64,000 nt of DNA, taken from NCBI RefSeq assembly GCF_006345805.1, contig NC_042998.1, positions 54,870,001 to 54,934,000 of the forward strand, in the 5' to 3' direction. A model generated the notes under the pieces. The model was given only the letters and a program-made list of their open reading frames with translations. It ran no database searches and was not told where the DNA came from. A program made the position numbers and the translations under genes. The number at the start of each line of letters is the position of its first letter. Position 1 is the first letter of the stretch. This stretch comes from Octopus sinensis. Taxonomy: Eukaryota. Of this stretch, positions 26,611 through 39,278 are shown in pieces.

Positions 26611-27642
26611 GAAGCCACTAAGTAGGTAGTAAATTAATGGACATGGTTCTTTGAAATTTTGCCACAAGGCCAGTAATTTTGAGGGGAGGGGTAAATTGAT
26701 TCCAGTGCTCAACTGAGACTTATTTTATCGATCTTGAAAGAATAAAAGGCAAAATAAACCTCAGTGGAATTTGAACTCAGAATGTAAGACTGCTAAATAT
26801 TTTGTTTGATGTCCAAGCGATTCTGCCAGCTTGCCACTTTAACACAGCTACTTTGGAAGAGAGTTAACATTTATATTTATTCTAGTTAGAATAATGGGAG
26901 GAATGGGTAAGGTGTCACTAAAGCTGAATAAAGTTGTCAGTTATATCCTTCCATATATCAGGCACAACTTCAAGAAAAGTAGCAAAGAAGAGTTAAATCC
27001 AGGAATTACTGCTTATCAGTCTTACAACTTAAAAAGAAAGTGCTTCTGTATCATGTTTCCATCCATCCACCTTGTATAAGCTGAAGCTGACGACATCATA
27101 CATAGTTATTTCATCATATATTTTTTAATCAATCAATACTTGTGTCTCTTTTCTTTTTTTTTTTCTTTTTTTTTTCTGAACTTTGAATAAATTCTTAAAA
27201 ACACAGAATATAAAATAGTGGAAAGAAACAGCGATTAGACTGTCAAAATCTAGAGGGAAATTGGAAAAACATCAAAAATGTATTAGTAGAAAAAATTTCC
27301 TTTCAAAAACATTTTAAAAACTGCCATCTTTATATGACATAGTGAACTAGTTTCTAAATATAGTGTTCTAAAAGATTAACATGCAAATCTGTTGCAATTT
27401 TAGATTAAAGTTGGAGTCATGATGTAAATACGGTCCCAAATTACATATTCTTCAGTGGAAATAATTATCTTAATACCATTCATTAACATACTTTGAAAAA
27501 AAATATCATTGCTTGTGTGTCTGATTTACTTTCTAAAATAAGATAGTAAAATTGATGGCATTTTTTTGTAGCTGTTTAGCTCTGGATCAAGCAGACTTAC
27601 ATTACGATCTAAGGGATTCATGCCATGACCACCCCATTTATA

Positions 27643-28042
27643 TACTCTTTTACTCTTTACTCTTTTACTTGTTTCAGTCATTTGACTGCGGCCATGCTGG
27701 AGCACCGCCTTTAATCGAGCAACTCAACCCCGAGACTTATTCTTTTGTAAGCCCAGCACTTATTCTATCGGTCTCTTTTGCCGAACCGCTAAGTAACGGG
27801 GACATAAACACACCAGCATCGGTTGTCAAGCAATGCTAGGGGGACAAACACAAACACACACACGCATATATATATACATATATACGACGGGCTTCTTTCA
27901 GTTTCCGTCTACCAAATCCACTCACAAAGCTTTGGTCGGCCCGTGGCTATAGTAGAAGACACTTGCCCAAGGTGCCACGCAGTGGGACTGAACCCGGAAC
28001 CATGTGGTTGGTAAACAAGCTACTTACCACACAGCCACTCCT
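27643..28042 (-). mobile_element. SINE family A, young copy
   Basis: Close to the family consensus; CpGs intact. Confidence 0.92.
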
Positions 28043-30284
28043 CTATATGTATATAAAGTCTAAGAGTATCAATTTCGTAAGACGAAAGGTAAATCGAACT
28101 CAGCAGAAAGAGTAAGGCTGTGATTTGACAGGATAGTTAGTGTCGTAGACAACACTAGTTGTTCCTTTATGGACTGTGTTCAAATCCCAAGGTCAACTTC
28201 TCTTTTCATCTTTTCAGAACAGATAACGTAAGATCAAGCAGTGAACTAAAGCCAACATAATTGACAGAATGCTTAGATACATCATCTTTACGCGATGGCC
28301 TGGCAAGCTGTTCAATGATGGATAGCTGCCGAACAATGCACGACTATGGAAACGAGAGACACTGCGTCTGAAGAGTTGTGCGAATGAAACACTGTTGGTT
28401 GTGTGTTGACCGAGAAAATTAACGTCAGAGAGCAAAGTAATGTAACTAAATACCACAAGGTATTTTTGCTTTGCCCTACAAATTCTAGGTACCACTACGT
28501 TTATCAAAATTGTAATAAAACCATCGGATCTGGTGCACAGTTGCAGTCCATCACCTATGAAGGAAAATAAATGTACTTCAATCTAATTACAGACACCCCA
28601 AACATAGTGAGAATAATTTTTATTTATTTCAAACTTTAGTTTGTTAATTTTCTTTACTATATAGGCGCAGCCTTGGCAGTGTGGTTGGAAGTTTGCTTTC
28701 CAATTAAATAGTCTTGGGCTCGATCGCACCGCGTGGCACCTTAGACAAGTAGCTTCTACTATAGCCTCGTGCCAACCAAAGACTTGCGAGTGAATTTGGT
28801 AGACAGAAACTAAAAGAAACCCGTGGTGTGTGTGTATGTGTGTGTGCGCGCGCACGTGCATGTGTCTCTTCGTATTTGTTCTTCACCGCTGCTTCACATT
28901 GGTGTTGGTTTGTTTACATCCCTTTAAATTAGCGGTACGGCAAAGAAAAAAAAGCCCTGAGGTTGTATGTTTGACTTGTAGCTGTGTTTCGAAACTAAGC
29001 CGTCAGCTAACTGGTCGTACATCACGACTGAACCACATTAGTTTCACGTGATCAGTCAATTAGGCAACCAATTAGCGTTATAACATCGCACGAGTCAATC
29101 TTCTAGAATGCTCTTGTTGTACTCCATATAAAATCGCTTTTGGAACCCTTGCTCTTTGCAGGACATTAAGAGCGACCAACTCATTCACACGTCTCGCGTC
29201 TTGCCATGCAGAATGTTAAGGCAACTGAGCAATACCTGCCTCGGTTCTTACTACATCAGACAAATCCAAGTATTTGTGCAAAAAACTCCAAGCAGTATAC
29301 CTGTCCCAGTATGTAATTATTGTTGTTGGTATTTGTAAAAGGCAAGCGGCAAGCGCTGTTTGACATTATATACGATAATGAAATCTTCTATTACATGTCC
29401 GCGGATGTTTTTCAGTTACTTCTACACGCAGCCCAAGAAATATATTTTCATTTATCCGTTCAACAGTCAACACCACAGCCGCAGCCAATACAAACCACCC
29501 AAGCGCCAGACTAAGCCTTTCAAAGTGGTGCTCCAGCATGGCTGCAGTCCAGTGACTGAAACTGTTAAAGATAAAAGATATTCTGTGGTAGTTTCTACCC
29601 TGTTTAATGCTCAATATATTTTGTTAAGAGACAGCATGACTTAAGAGCTCCTAAATTCTTTCATCTTCTTTGATCACACAAAATTAACGGATTTAAATAT
29701 TTAAATCAGAGTTGTTTTACAGTAAACGCAATTCTGTCTCCCTGAAACATATACGAAACGGATATAGTCATCATTAAGAACCAACTTTACACTGAATTTC
29801 AATATTCTTGTAGAAGACGGGCCACCCTGATATACTTTCCGTAGATAAAGTGGTGGAGATTGTTGTTTCTGCCTCTTTTTTTACATAAACCACCAACGTA
29901 AAGTGAGCCTCATTTCTTTAGTTAAACCTTACATCCGACTATTTTAACTCAACGAGGTTTTCAATGGCGTTTAGTGATCTTAAAGTTGCACGTAAAAGTA
30001 TTCTATTTTATATTTTGCCACTTTTGCTTTTATATATGTATCTCCATCCTTAAACCTTTCCCATTCTTTATCTTTCTTCAAATGTTTAATTTTTGCAGCT
30101 CAGATTGTTTTTATTCCAATACACTAACAATATCTCCTCCTACATCATTCACACGGTCTCGGTGTTCCTTACTATACAACCAATCTTTCCAATCACTCAG
30201 CCTATAAAAAGAAAATACAAAACCAACGTTGAAATGTATATCTGTGAAAGAAAAATCTCAACACATCTTCCTCATACGTGTCTG

Positions 30285-30524
30285 ATACAGCCACTATATT
30301 TCAACTGGAGGCTAGCTAATAAGGATTTGATTTCAGTTCCATTCTTAGTTTTCTAAAGAAATATATAAAGATTTTCTTTTCTTTTCTTTTTCTTTTTGTT
30401 TTTGTTTTTAAGCTGATAAAGCTATCAACAAAGTCTTACATTTTAATGGCATCCTATAAACTAGCCTCTGGAATCATTAATTTTGAATCAAATCCGTAAA
30501 CAATATATTCTTTTAATGTTGACA
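30285..30524 (+). repeat. Unique-looking segment duplicated at 33387-33631
   Basis: Identical by eye except for the internal (CTTTT)n tract. Confidence 0.95.
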
Positions 30525-33139
30525 TTAACATCATCACTGCGAATGTCACCATCACTATCATCACCATCCTCCACCTCCTCCTCGTCGTCATCGTCATCGT
30601 CATCATCATCATCATCGTAGCTTGTCAGCTTGATGGAATCTACTTCACTCGCTATATTTTTTGAAAGATTATTTGGATCTTATCTGTTTGGATGCACCCG
30701 TGAAAATTTTAAAATTTAGTGTATTGATGTAATTTTCCACGCTGAATATCAAGGGCCAATTCACTTCTTCCAGAAAATATTTTTAAAAAAAGTTACAGAG
30801 GTTTAAAGTTTGATAATTTTTATCCAGTCAGAAAACGGGATTTGGGAGCAATCATTTCGTGCCTGACAGCATGTGTTATCAACTGCAAACAACTGAAACA
30901 TTGGCAGAATTCTGCTTTATGCACGCCATATAACCCCTCATAACTATTTATTTTGGGGAATTTTCAGAAATTTTTGGTGAATTTGTATTCTACACACGAA
31001 AATTCATACGATTATGCAAAAAAATTGTTTAATTGGTAAATGATTTAAAGCCTATTTAACTATTATTTTTAGCACATCTCACGACCACCTGTGTTTTAAG
31101 ATTTAATAAGCGAAAAACGACCACGTGGGTAAGCAGCTCCTTGACAGGCAACTACACGTCAGTGGCTTTCGATTGGCTTAAATTAAGCAAAACTTACAAA
31201 ATTTAAAAGATTTTCACTCTTTATTTATTGATTTATGGTGAAAATGAATTCCATGTCAATGATTACCATATAAAACTACATCAACACATCAAATATGAAA
31301 TCAACTGGAGCAAAAATTGAAGAAATTGAAAAGTGGCTGCCAAACAGAAAAGATCCCATTATTCTATTAATCCATCTCAATATTTTCGTTACCGTGCTTT
31401 ACTTTAACGTACTTTAACATACTGTACTTTAATAAATCTACACTACATTTTAATGATTGATTCCCGGCGAACGAATATTCTTCTTTAATCCTTGTGAATA
31501 AACATACAACTAATTTGGAGAAAAAAATTCTGTTATGAACCGATATTATCTTCTCCAAACTTCAACACTTTTTCTTTTAGCAGCCCTCCCTTAACTCCTC
31601 CTTCCCCTTTACTCACCCCAGCTTTCTCTTCCACCTCTCTTTCCCCCCTTTACCACAAAAGTATTGACATTTGTTCCTGTATACACTCTCGCTTGTTGAC
31701 TTCAACAACAATTTAAAAACTCTAGTTTTACTTTTTATTTCTGTTCTAAATCTAAAATAAGTTAGGATTGCTACTGCTGTTTTCAACTACGTTGAACTTT
31801 TGAATATTTCTCTCATTATTAATAGAATTATGGCTTTTGTTTTTCTCCGGTATGACTACCTGCTTTGAAAGAGTGCAATGTCATGTAGACCTTATTAGAT
31901 AACGATGTCTAAATACAATATTTAACAAAAGCGGTTTGTTACTGACAGTCACTCCGAGATTGTTAGTCCTTATTCGACAACAATGTTTATAAAACATCCA
32001 CTACAATATTTAACAAAAGCAGTTTGTTACTGATAGTCATTCTATTCAGAATTTGTCAGTAATAGAGGATAAACCCTGGTAACTAATTACTGAAAAAATA
32101 GGAACTCATCTGTTTGACTAACACTTAAAAAAAATGTTTAATGAAGTGAATATTTTCAAGTTTGGTATATTGATGTAATTTTCTGTGTGATAACTGCGTA
32201 ATTTTCTGTGTAATTTTCAGCCACCAAGGTACATACTCCACTGGTTGAGGTCAAGCAACTGACTAACATATCTGTTGTACTGAGTAGAATATTTGCTTTG
32301 GTCCATCTTTTATACTAAGACACTTTGATGACACACACTGCTCTCTCAGTCAACAACAACAATAATAACAACAACAACAACAGCAACAATAATAATAGGA
32401 CGAGAAAATTGATGACACGCATTGGAGTGTAGTGTGCAGCTATTTCAAATAGTGGTGCCAATTTGTGGTAGCTGGCAATATGACGTAATATGATTGTCGT
32501 TTTCCCATTGGTTGAAATAACTGCTCATATAGGAATTCTGAAATTAGTTAAAGAATATTTTTATGTGATTTCAATTCTTTAAAGACAAGTTGAGCAGTTT
32601 GGATTTTGGGGAAAACTTTAGTGTTTGTGGGATTTTACTAAACTCCACGACACTCACTCCTTTGAGACATTGGCTATTTTTTATGCCATGTCTATGATAA
32701 AAATCCAACAAGACTTATTTGAATTGTTGTCATCTATAATAGTTAGTTGTGAAGAATTAGATTGTGTGGATTTTAAGTCGTAATTCTCTACGACAAAATT
32801 ACTTCGACTTGTTAATGAAATTTATTTCTGTAATTATGAAACTGTATTTTTTTTTATAGCGGTTAAAAGATTTACTTATCTTCAACATACATGTACGCAT
32901 AAAATGTCCGTTAGCGTTTCAGAGAATATATTTCTCGCTATGGCGTTTATCTAGCTGGAGTCAGGATTTATGTATAATGATAACACTTATAAGTAAGTTA
33001 TAAGTGACGGGTTTATCAATATATATCCTTACTTCAAAAGTAAAACATATTTATCTATTTCCAAATAAGAAACATATAAAAGTAGCGTTACACTAACAGT
33101 AGCCAAACCCGCTAGAGGGGCACTGCACCATAAAGAAAG

Positions 33140-34420
33140 AATGGTGGCAGAGGACTAATTAGCATAGACCATTGTATAAAGAGTGAAAGGAGAATGCTTG
33201 CTGAGTATTTCATAAATACTGATGAAGACCTGTGGCAATATGCCGCGAAAGATATGGGTGCAAATGCAGATAAAATGATGGACAAGGAAGAGTTTAACCA
33301 AAGACCTGAGGAGAAGAGAAAAGAAGATCTTCTTGAAATGAGAATGAATGGACGGTTTGAAAGGAATACACAGGACGTTAAGGATAATACAGCCACTATA
33401 TTTCAACTGGAGGCTAGCTAATAAGGATTTGATTTCAGTTCCATTCTTAGTTTTCTAAAGAAATATATAAAGATTTTCTTTTCTTTTCTTTTCTTTTTCT
33501 TTTTCTTTTTCTTTTTAAGCTGATAAAGCTATCAACAAAGTCTTACATTTTAATGGCATCCTATAAACTAGCCTCTGGAATCATTAATTTTGAATCAAAT
33601 CCGTAAACAATATATTCTTTTAATGTTGACAATGGCTTGAGCGAGGTGATTTGAAGTGTACCACCAAAAGCCTGATTACTGCTACCCAAGACCAGACTCC
33701 CGCTAGCAAGTCAGCGAAGTATAACATCTATAAAACTTCTGATACCCAGAAATGCAGACTCTGTGGAAAGAGTGTGGAAAATGTGACCCACTTAGCAAGT
33801 GGATGTGAGAGCCTTGCACAAAAAGAATTTAAGCGCCGCCACGATAAAGTGTGTGTATCTTCATTGGCTCTTATGACGTAAATACCAATATGAAGTAACA
33901 GAGAACTGGTATGAGCATGTACCAAGTAAAGTTATGCAGGAGGATGGAAAAGTAACGATACTCTGGGACTATGATCTTCAGATGGATCGTGTAATTGAAC
34001 ACCGTCGGCCGGATATTATCATATTGAATAAGAGCGACAAATGCTGTCAGATCATTGATGTAGCCATACCAAATGAAATGCATGGTGTGAGTAAAGAGGT
34101 TGAAAACATCACCAAGTGCTCCAAATTGAAAGTCGAAATGGCAAGACTGTATGGAATGTGAGAGGGTAATGTAAAAGTGATATCAGTGGTGATCGGAGCG
34201 TTGGGCTCAATCCCATTGAGACTTCAAAACTTCTTAAGGCAACTGGAAATCCCATGCAAGATTGGTGTCTTGCAAAAAGCAGCTTTATTGGACACAGCGC
34301 ACATCTTAAGGAAAGTATTATCTATCAGAGTTCCTTGTGACTTGACAGACGACTAAAGACTCTGGTGCATTTTCACCTACACTGTGTTACGAAGGAATAA
34401 TAATACTAAACATAATAATA
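33140..34420 (+). mobile_element. R4/Dong-type non-LTR retrotransposon, 5'-truncated, with RT C-terminus, CCHC finger and restriction-like endonuclease
   Basis: Reads GGRGLI..C, W..GDLK...LITATQDQ, KCRLCG...HLASGC..LAQKEFKRRHDKV, ILWDYDLQMDRVIEHRRPDIII, IIDVAIP, VVIGALGSIP, LQKAALL.TAHILRKVL; ends in a (TAA)-like tail. Carries frameshifts/stops and a 245-bp foreign insert. Confidence 0.92.
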
Positions 34421-34636
34421 TACAAATACACAATAATAGGTAATATCGGACAATGGAAGTGAGTGTTCAATGCTGTATTTGGTGGATAAATATTCTTTAT
34501 TTGTGGATTAACTGTGCTATCAATTGTTGTTTCAAGCGAATTAAATATTCTTTATTTGTGGATTAACTGTGCTATCAATTGTTGTTTCAAGCGAATGAAA
34601 TTCTGACAATTTTTAAAGCGGTTCATATAGGCAGAC

Positions 34637-34732
<96 letters not shown>
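34637..34732. repeat. (GATA)n microsatellite; others at 50391-50568 and 57050-57110
   Basis: Direct reading. Confidence 0.98.
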
Positions 34733-35482
34733 TCACTCAAATACGCATACATGCACGCTCACGCATGCGCAGACACATACACAGAGGCGTAGTGAGCATA
34801 GCCTGAAGAACGCTTTTGATCCTAGGTTTGTTTTCTCGACTAAGAACTAAATCGAAGTTAACAATAACTTGCTAATCCGCCAGACTAGATTTCGTTGTAA
34901 TCTACTGAACTAAAAAATTAAATTCTATTAACGCTGTTATTGGCTTTTGTAGTGAAGAGAGTGGTTAAGCTTATATAATTCTCTTGTTTAAGTTTTTTTT
35001 CCAAGATTTATCCGAAATATTTACTGTCAAGTGTTAAAACTGTGGAAAAAAAATCCCAAATAATAATAATAATAATGATCGTTTCTAATATAGGCAGAAG
35101 GCCCAAAATTTGGGGCAGCAGCAGTAGTGTGGGAGCATCATAGCCATGTGTTGAGAGAAATTCTTTGGGGTTTGGATAATTCTCCTCTGCAAACATGGGT
35201 ATTTCGTTCAACATCCTTAAACAACCCTTATTCAGAGAGCTTTTGAGCAGGATGGGCTACTCGACCTGCAGAAAATTCTAACTGGGCCTCACCTGCAAGG
35301 TCATGTGCTGTTTATCTTGATATGAGATCACCATGTCGCGCACATATGGTTGTGATGCATGTGCTTAGTGTACCCTTATCAGATGGGTAGTCATGATGGG
35401 TATACTGGGCTTCGTATGTTTTGCCCCAGTGTAACTTTGATGGCATTCACTGCTCTCTCACCCAATAATGATAATAATAATG

Positions 35483-35554
35483 ATTTCTTTATTAACCAAA
35501 AGGGTTTGCATTAAGAAAAACGTTATGGACAGTACAGGACAAAACAAAGAATGT

Positions 35555-35594
<40 letters not shown>

Positions 35595-37004
35595 TGTGTG
35601 TGAGTGTGTGTGTGTGTGTGAGTGTGTGTATGTGTGTGCGTGTGTGTTGTGAGGGTTTTGCGTGTAAACAAGACTAACAAAATTATTTAAAAATCATCAA
35701 TGTGTTATCCTAAATAGGGAGGAAACGTTTGAGGGCTGCTCATGGAAAGATCCCATAAAAATCCATGGGTACACTGACTTTGGGGGCAGATGTCTTTTTT
35801 CCTTTCCTTTTTTTTCCAACTACAGGCGTATGTTCAAGGCAGACACATTCAATCGCACCATTCTCGCCACTTTCATCCACCTTTCAGCAAACTGGCTAGA
35901 AGATAACACTTCCCTCTCTACCCTTATTTTCCTTTTCAAGTGAAACTTGAAGAAGTTGATCAGGGAATAAACCAAAGAGAAAAGTATTTGTTTTCAGCCC
36001 CTCCAATCTCGTCTACCATACATCTTTCGCCATGGCCACCAGGCATATAAACACAGCCTTTACTTCCCGGTTAAAGGAAGGCGGCGGAGTGATCTTTACG
36101 ATGGATTCAGATGACAGCCGGATTTCTCCCACACGCGACAGCAGGTATTCGGCATAAGCCCACAGGTTAGCAATGCCTAAGCACTGGATGAGTGCATGTA
36201 GGACCATCTCGTCGTCCTGCGTGCATCTCGGACATGTGCGGCTGACGGCACTTTTGTGTCTGTAAGATTTATCTCGAACAGGCAAAGCTCATCGGTAGCA
36301 CTGCCAAGCCAGAGATTTTTTGAAATTATCCATCGGTCCCGGGCCGAAAGGTCCCCAGAATAGAGCGGCTAGTTGACTTTCTTTGACTTCCCAAGAACGT
36401 CGTCGCACTTTTCCTCCACTAATTCTCTATAAAAAGCTAAAGTGGATGTTTCACCTATCGCAGATCTGATTGGATGAGGGCTTTGAACGCTTGAAGACAT
36501 TCCACTTTCTAAATGCTCCCCATCGTCTCTGTTTTACCCAGGGTTGCAGCTCCGTTAAAGAAACTAGCTGCGGAAATACGTGTCTGGCGAACGGTGATCA
36601 CACCTGTTTACCGTCAAGGAAGCAATGGAGATGTAGCCTCAGCGCACGTCTGCGCATCATCAACCACGGCATGCCCAGGCCACCATTCAGCGGGTGTTGA
36701 CAGCAGATCAACCGCCTAGCCATCGGAACGAGTCGTTTCCATAAGAAACGAATGAGTATACGCTCCAACATAATCAGACGGTGGCCAGGACAAGGCACGA
36801 CGGTCAAACGATAGATGATGGACGCGATATACGTGTTAACCACATCTGCCAGACCTTTCAGGGATAGATTTCTCTCGGCCCATTTCTAGGTGAGAGCAGT
36901 CACCCTGCACGTTATATTGTGCCAGTTTTTGTCCATCTGGAGGTCCCGACCGAACCAGACTCCAAGCAATTTAACCAGTCAGTCCGTCCAGCGTCCAACG
37001 ACGC
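35483..37004 (-). mobile_element. Tx1/L1-clade LINE, 5'-truncated, embedded in (AAT)n
   Basis: Reads VGRWTD..VKLLGVWFG, YRLTVVPCP..LERIL..FLW, GGLGMPWL and a CPRC...HALIQC zinc finger. The 3' UTR contains (CA)n and ends ...tggttaataaagaaat then (ATT)n; (AAT)n flanks both ends. Confidence 0.88.
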
Positions 37005-37019
37005 ATAATAATAATAATA

Positions 37020-37069
<50 letters not shown>

Positions 37070-37070
37070 T

Positions 37071-37580
37071 AATCTTTTCTACTGTAAGCACAAGGCCTGA
37101 AATTTGGGGGGAGGGGACTAGTCGATAAAATCGACCCCAGTGTTTCAGAGGTACTTAATTTATCGACCCCGAAAGGATGAACGGCTAAGTCGATCTCGGC
37201 GGATTTTGAACCCAAATTGTAAGGAAGAGAAGTACCTCTAAGCATTTTGCCCGGCATGCTAACAATTCTGCCAGCTCACCGCCCTAATGATGATGATGAT
37301 GATGATGATGGTAATAATATAATAATAATAATAATAATAATATAATCTTTTCTACTGTAAGCACAAGGCCTGAAATTTGGGGGGAGGGGACTAGTCGATA
37401 AAATCGACCCCAGTGTTTCAGAGGTACTTAATTTATCGACCCCGAAAGGATGAACGGCTAAGTCGATCTCGGCGGATTTTGAACCCAAATTGTAAGGAAG
37501 AGGAAGTACCTCTAAGCATTTTGCCCGGCATGCTAACAATTCTGCCAGCTCACCGCCCTAATGATGATGATGATGATGAT

Positions 37581-37586
<6 letters not shown>
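37071..37586 (-). mobile_element. Two tandem, near-identical SINE family B copies
   Basis: 37071-37312 and 37344-37586 share private variants and are separated by (AAT)n. Confidence 0.9.
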
Positions 37587-37623
<37 letters not shown>

Positions 37624-38382
37624 TTATTTGGTCCTTATCCTTATCATTGGAGAAACACTGACATTATTGAATTCTTCGCTGTTATTTATTGTAACAGGGA
37701 AATGTGGGGGTGGACAGAATGTTGTGATGTTGTGATAATTGGAGGCGGTGGATGAGGAATGATGAAGGAATCGTATCAGTTTTGGAGGTGTCATAATTGT
37801 CATCTGTCATCTTCTATCAGAACTTGAAAAGAATGTCCGTATAATTTTAGAGGTCAAATATATTTGTGGAATGTTGAAAAACAGACAATAAATTTAGCTT
37901 TAGCTCACAACAGATACAGTTACAGAAATAGATAAAAAAAAAAAGAAGAATACCACCCCGCTCATATGTGTGTGTGTGCGCGTGCGCGTGCGTATTTGTG
38001 TGTGTGTATGTGTGAGTGTTTGAGTGTGTATGTATATGTGTGTATCTGTGAGTTCACTATACACATTAGAATCATTTGTATATATATTGTGTGTCTATGT
38101 GTGTGTGTGTGTGTGTATGTATGTACCTTTTATCTTTTGCTCGTTTCAGTCATTAGACTGCGGCCATGCTGGGGCACTGCTTTGAATTTATCAACCCCAG
38201 TCCTTTTTTCCATTTTGTAAGCCTGGATCTTATTCTATCATCTTTTTTCTTTTGTTGCCGAACCACGGAAACGTAATCACATCAGCACCAACTGCCAAGC
38301 AATGATGGAGGACAAAGACCGCCACAAAGACACACACACACATATAGATATACATACATACATACATACATACATACATACA

Positions 38383-38444
<62 letters not shown>

Positions 38445-39115
38445 TATCTCTTCGCCGCGTGTTCCCCTCCTCCTTCCCTCTTCCTTGCCTATAAAACAAA
38501 ATTCCTTTACACGTGGTTACCACTATTGAAAAGACTGCCTCCACGCGCTGCTACTACACTTTCGTCCTTGCCAGCAAAAAGGCTTCTTCGTTCGTCCCCT
38601 TGTGTGGTTAATTTCCTGTATAGTATTCTGTTTTTTTCTCGTTTTGTAACTAATTGTACTTTTTGTACATGTATTTTTATTTTTGCAGTTTTATTGTTTG
38701 TCTATGCCAGAAAAAAGGCTTTTTCGTTCGTCCTCTTGTGTTTGTTTTGTACATGTATTTTAATTTGCAGTCTTATTGTTACGTCTTGTTTGTGTTCGTA
38801 CTCATTGTGCCCCGCTGCTTGAAATTTTATTTTAATTCTCGCAGGAAGGCCTATTGGATTAGTGTTCTGTTATGCCTTCGAAACATGCCTGACTCCTCTA
38901 GCGACAGCTGATGACGGGGGGTTTTGTCTTGTGTAACCTGTCCTGTATTTGGTTTTCGTTTTCCGTTTTCTTGTTTTTTGTTTTTTGGCTTTTTCTGTTT
39001 CTACTCTTATTGTGATGTCCTGTATCCGTATAATTATTTATATAAGCATGTATATATACATGTAGATGTAGGTACGTACATATATGTTTGTATGTATGCA
39101 TATATTTTTATTTAT

Positions 39116-39155
<40 letters not shown>

Positions 39156-39226
39156 TATATATATATTATATATATATATATCATATATATATATATATAC
39201 ATACATATACATATATATATATATAT

Positions 39227-39258
<32 letters not shown>

Positions 39259-39278
39259 ATATATATTATTATATATAT

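Noticed and set aside
38828-38890. GAAGGC...GCCTTC-GAAAC as a third hammerhead
   Set aside because: No CUGANGA-like core precedes the stem.
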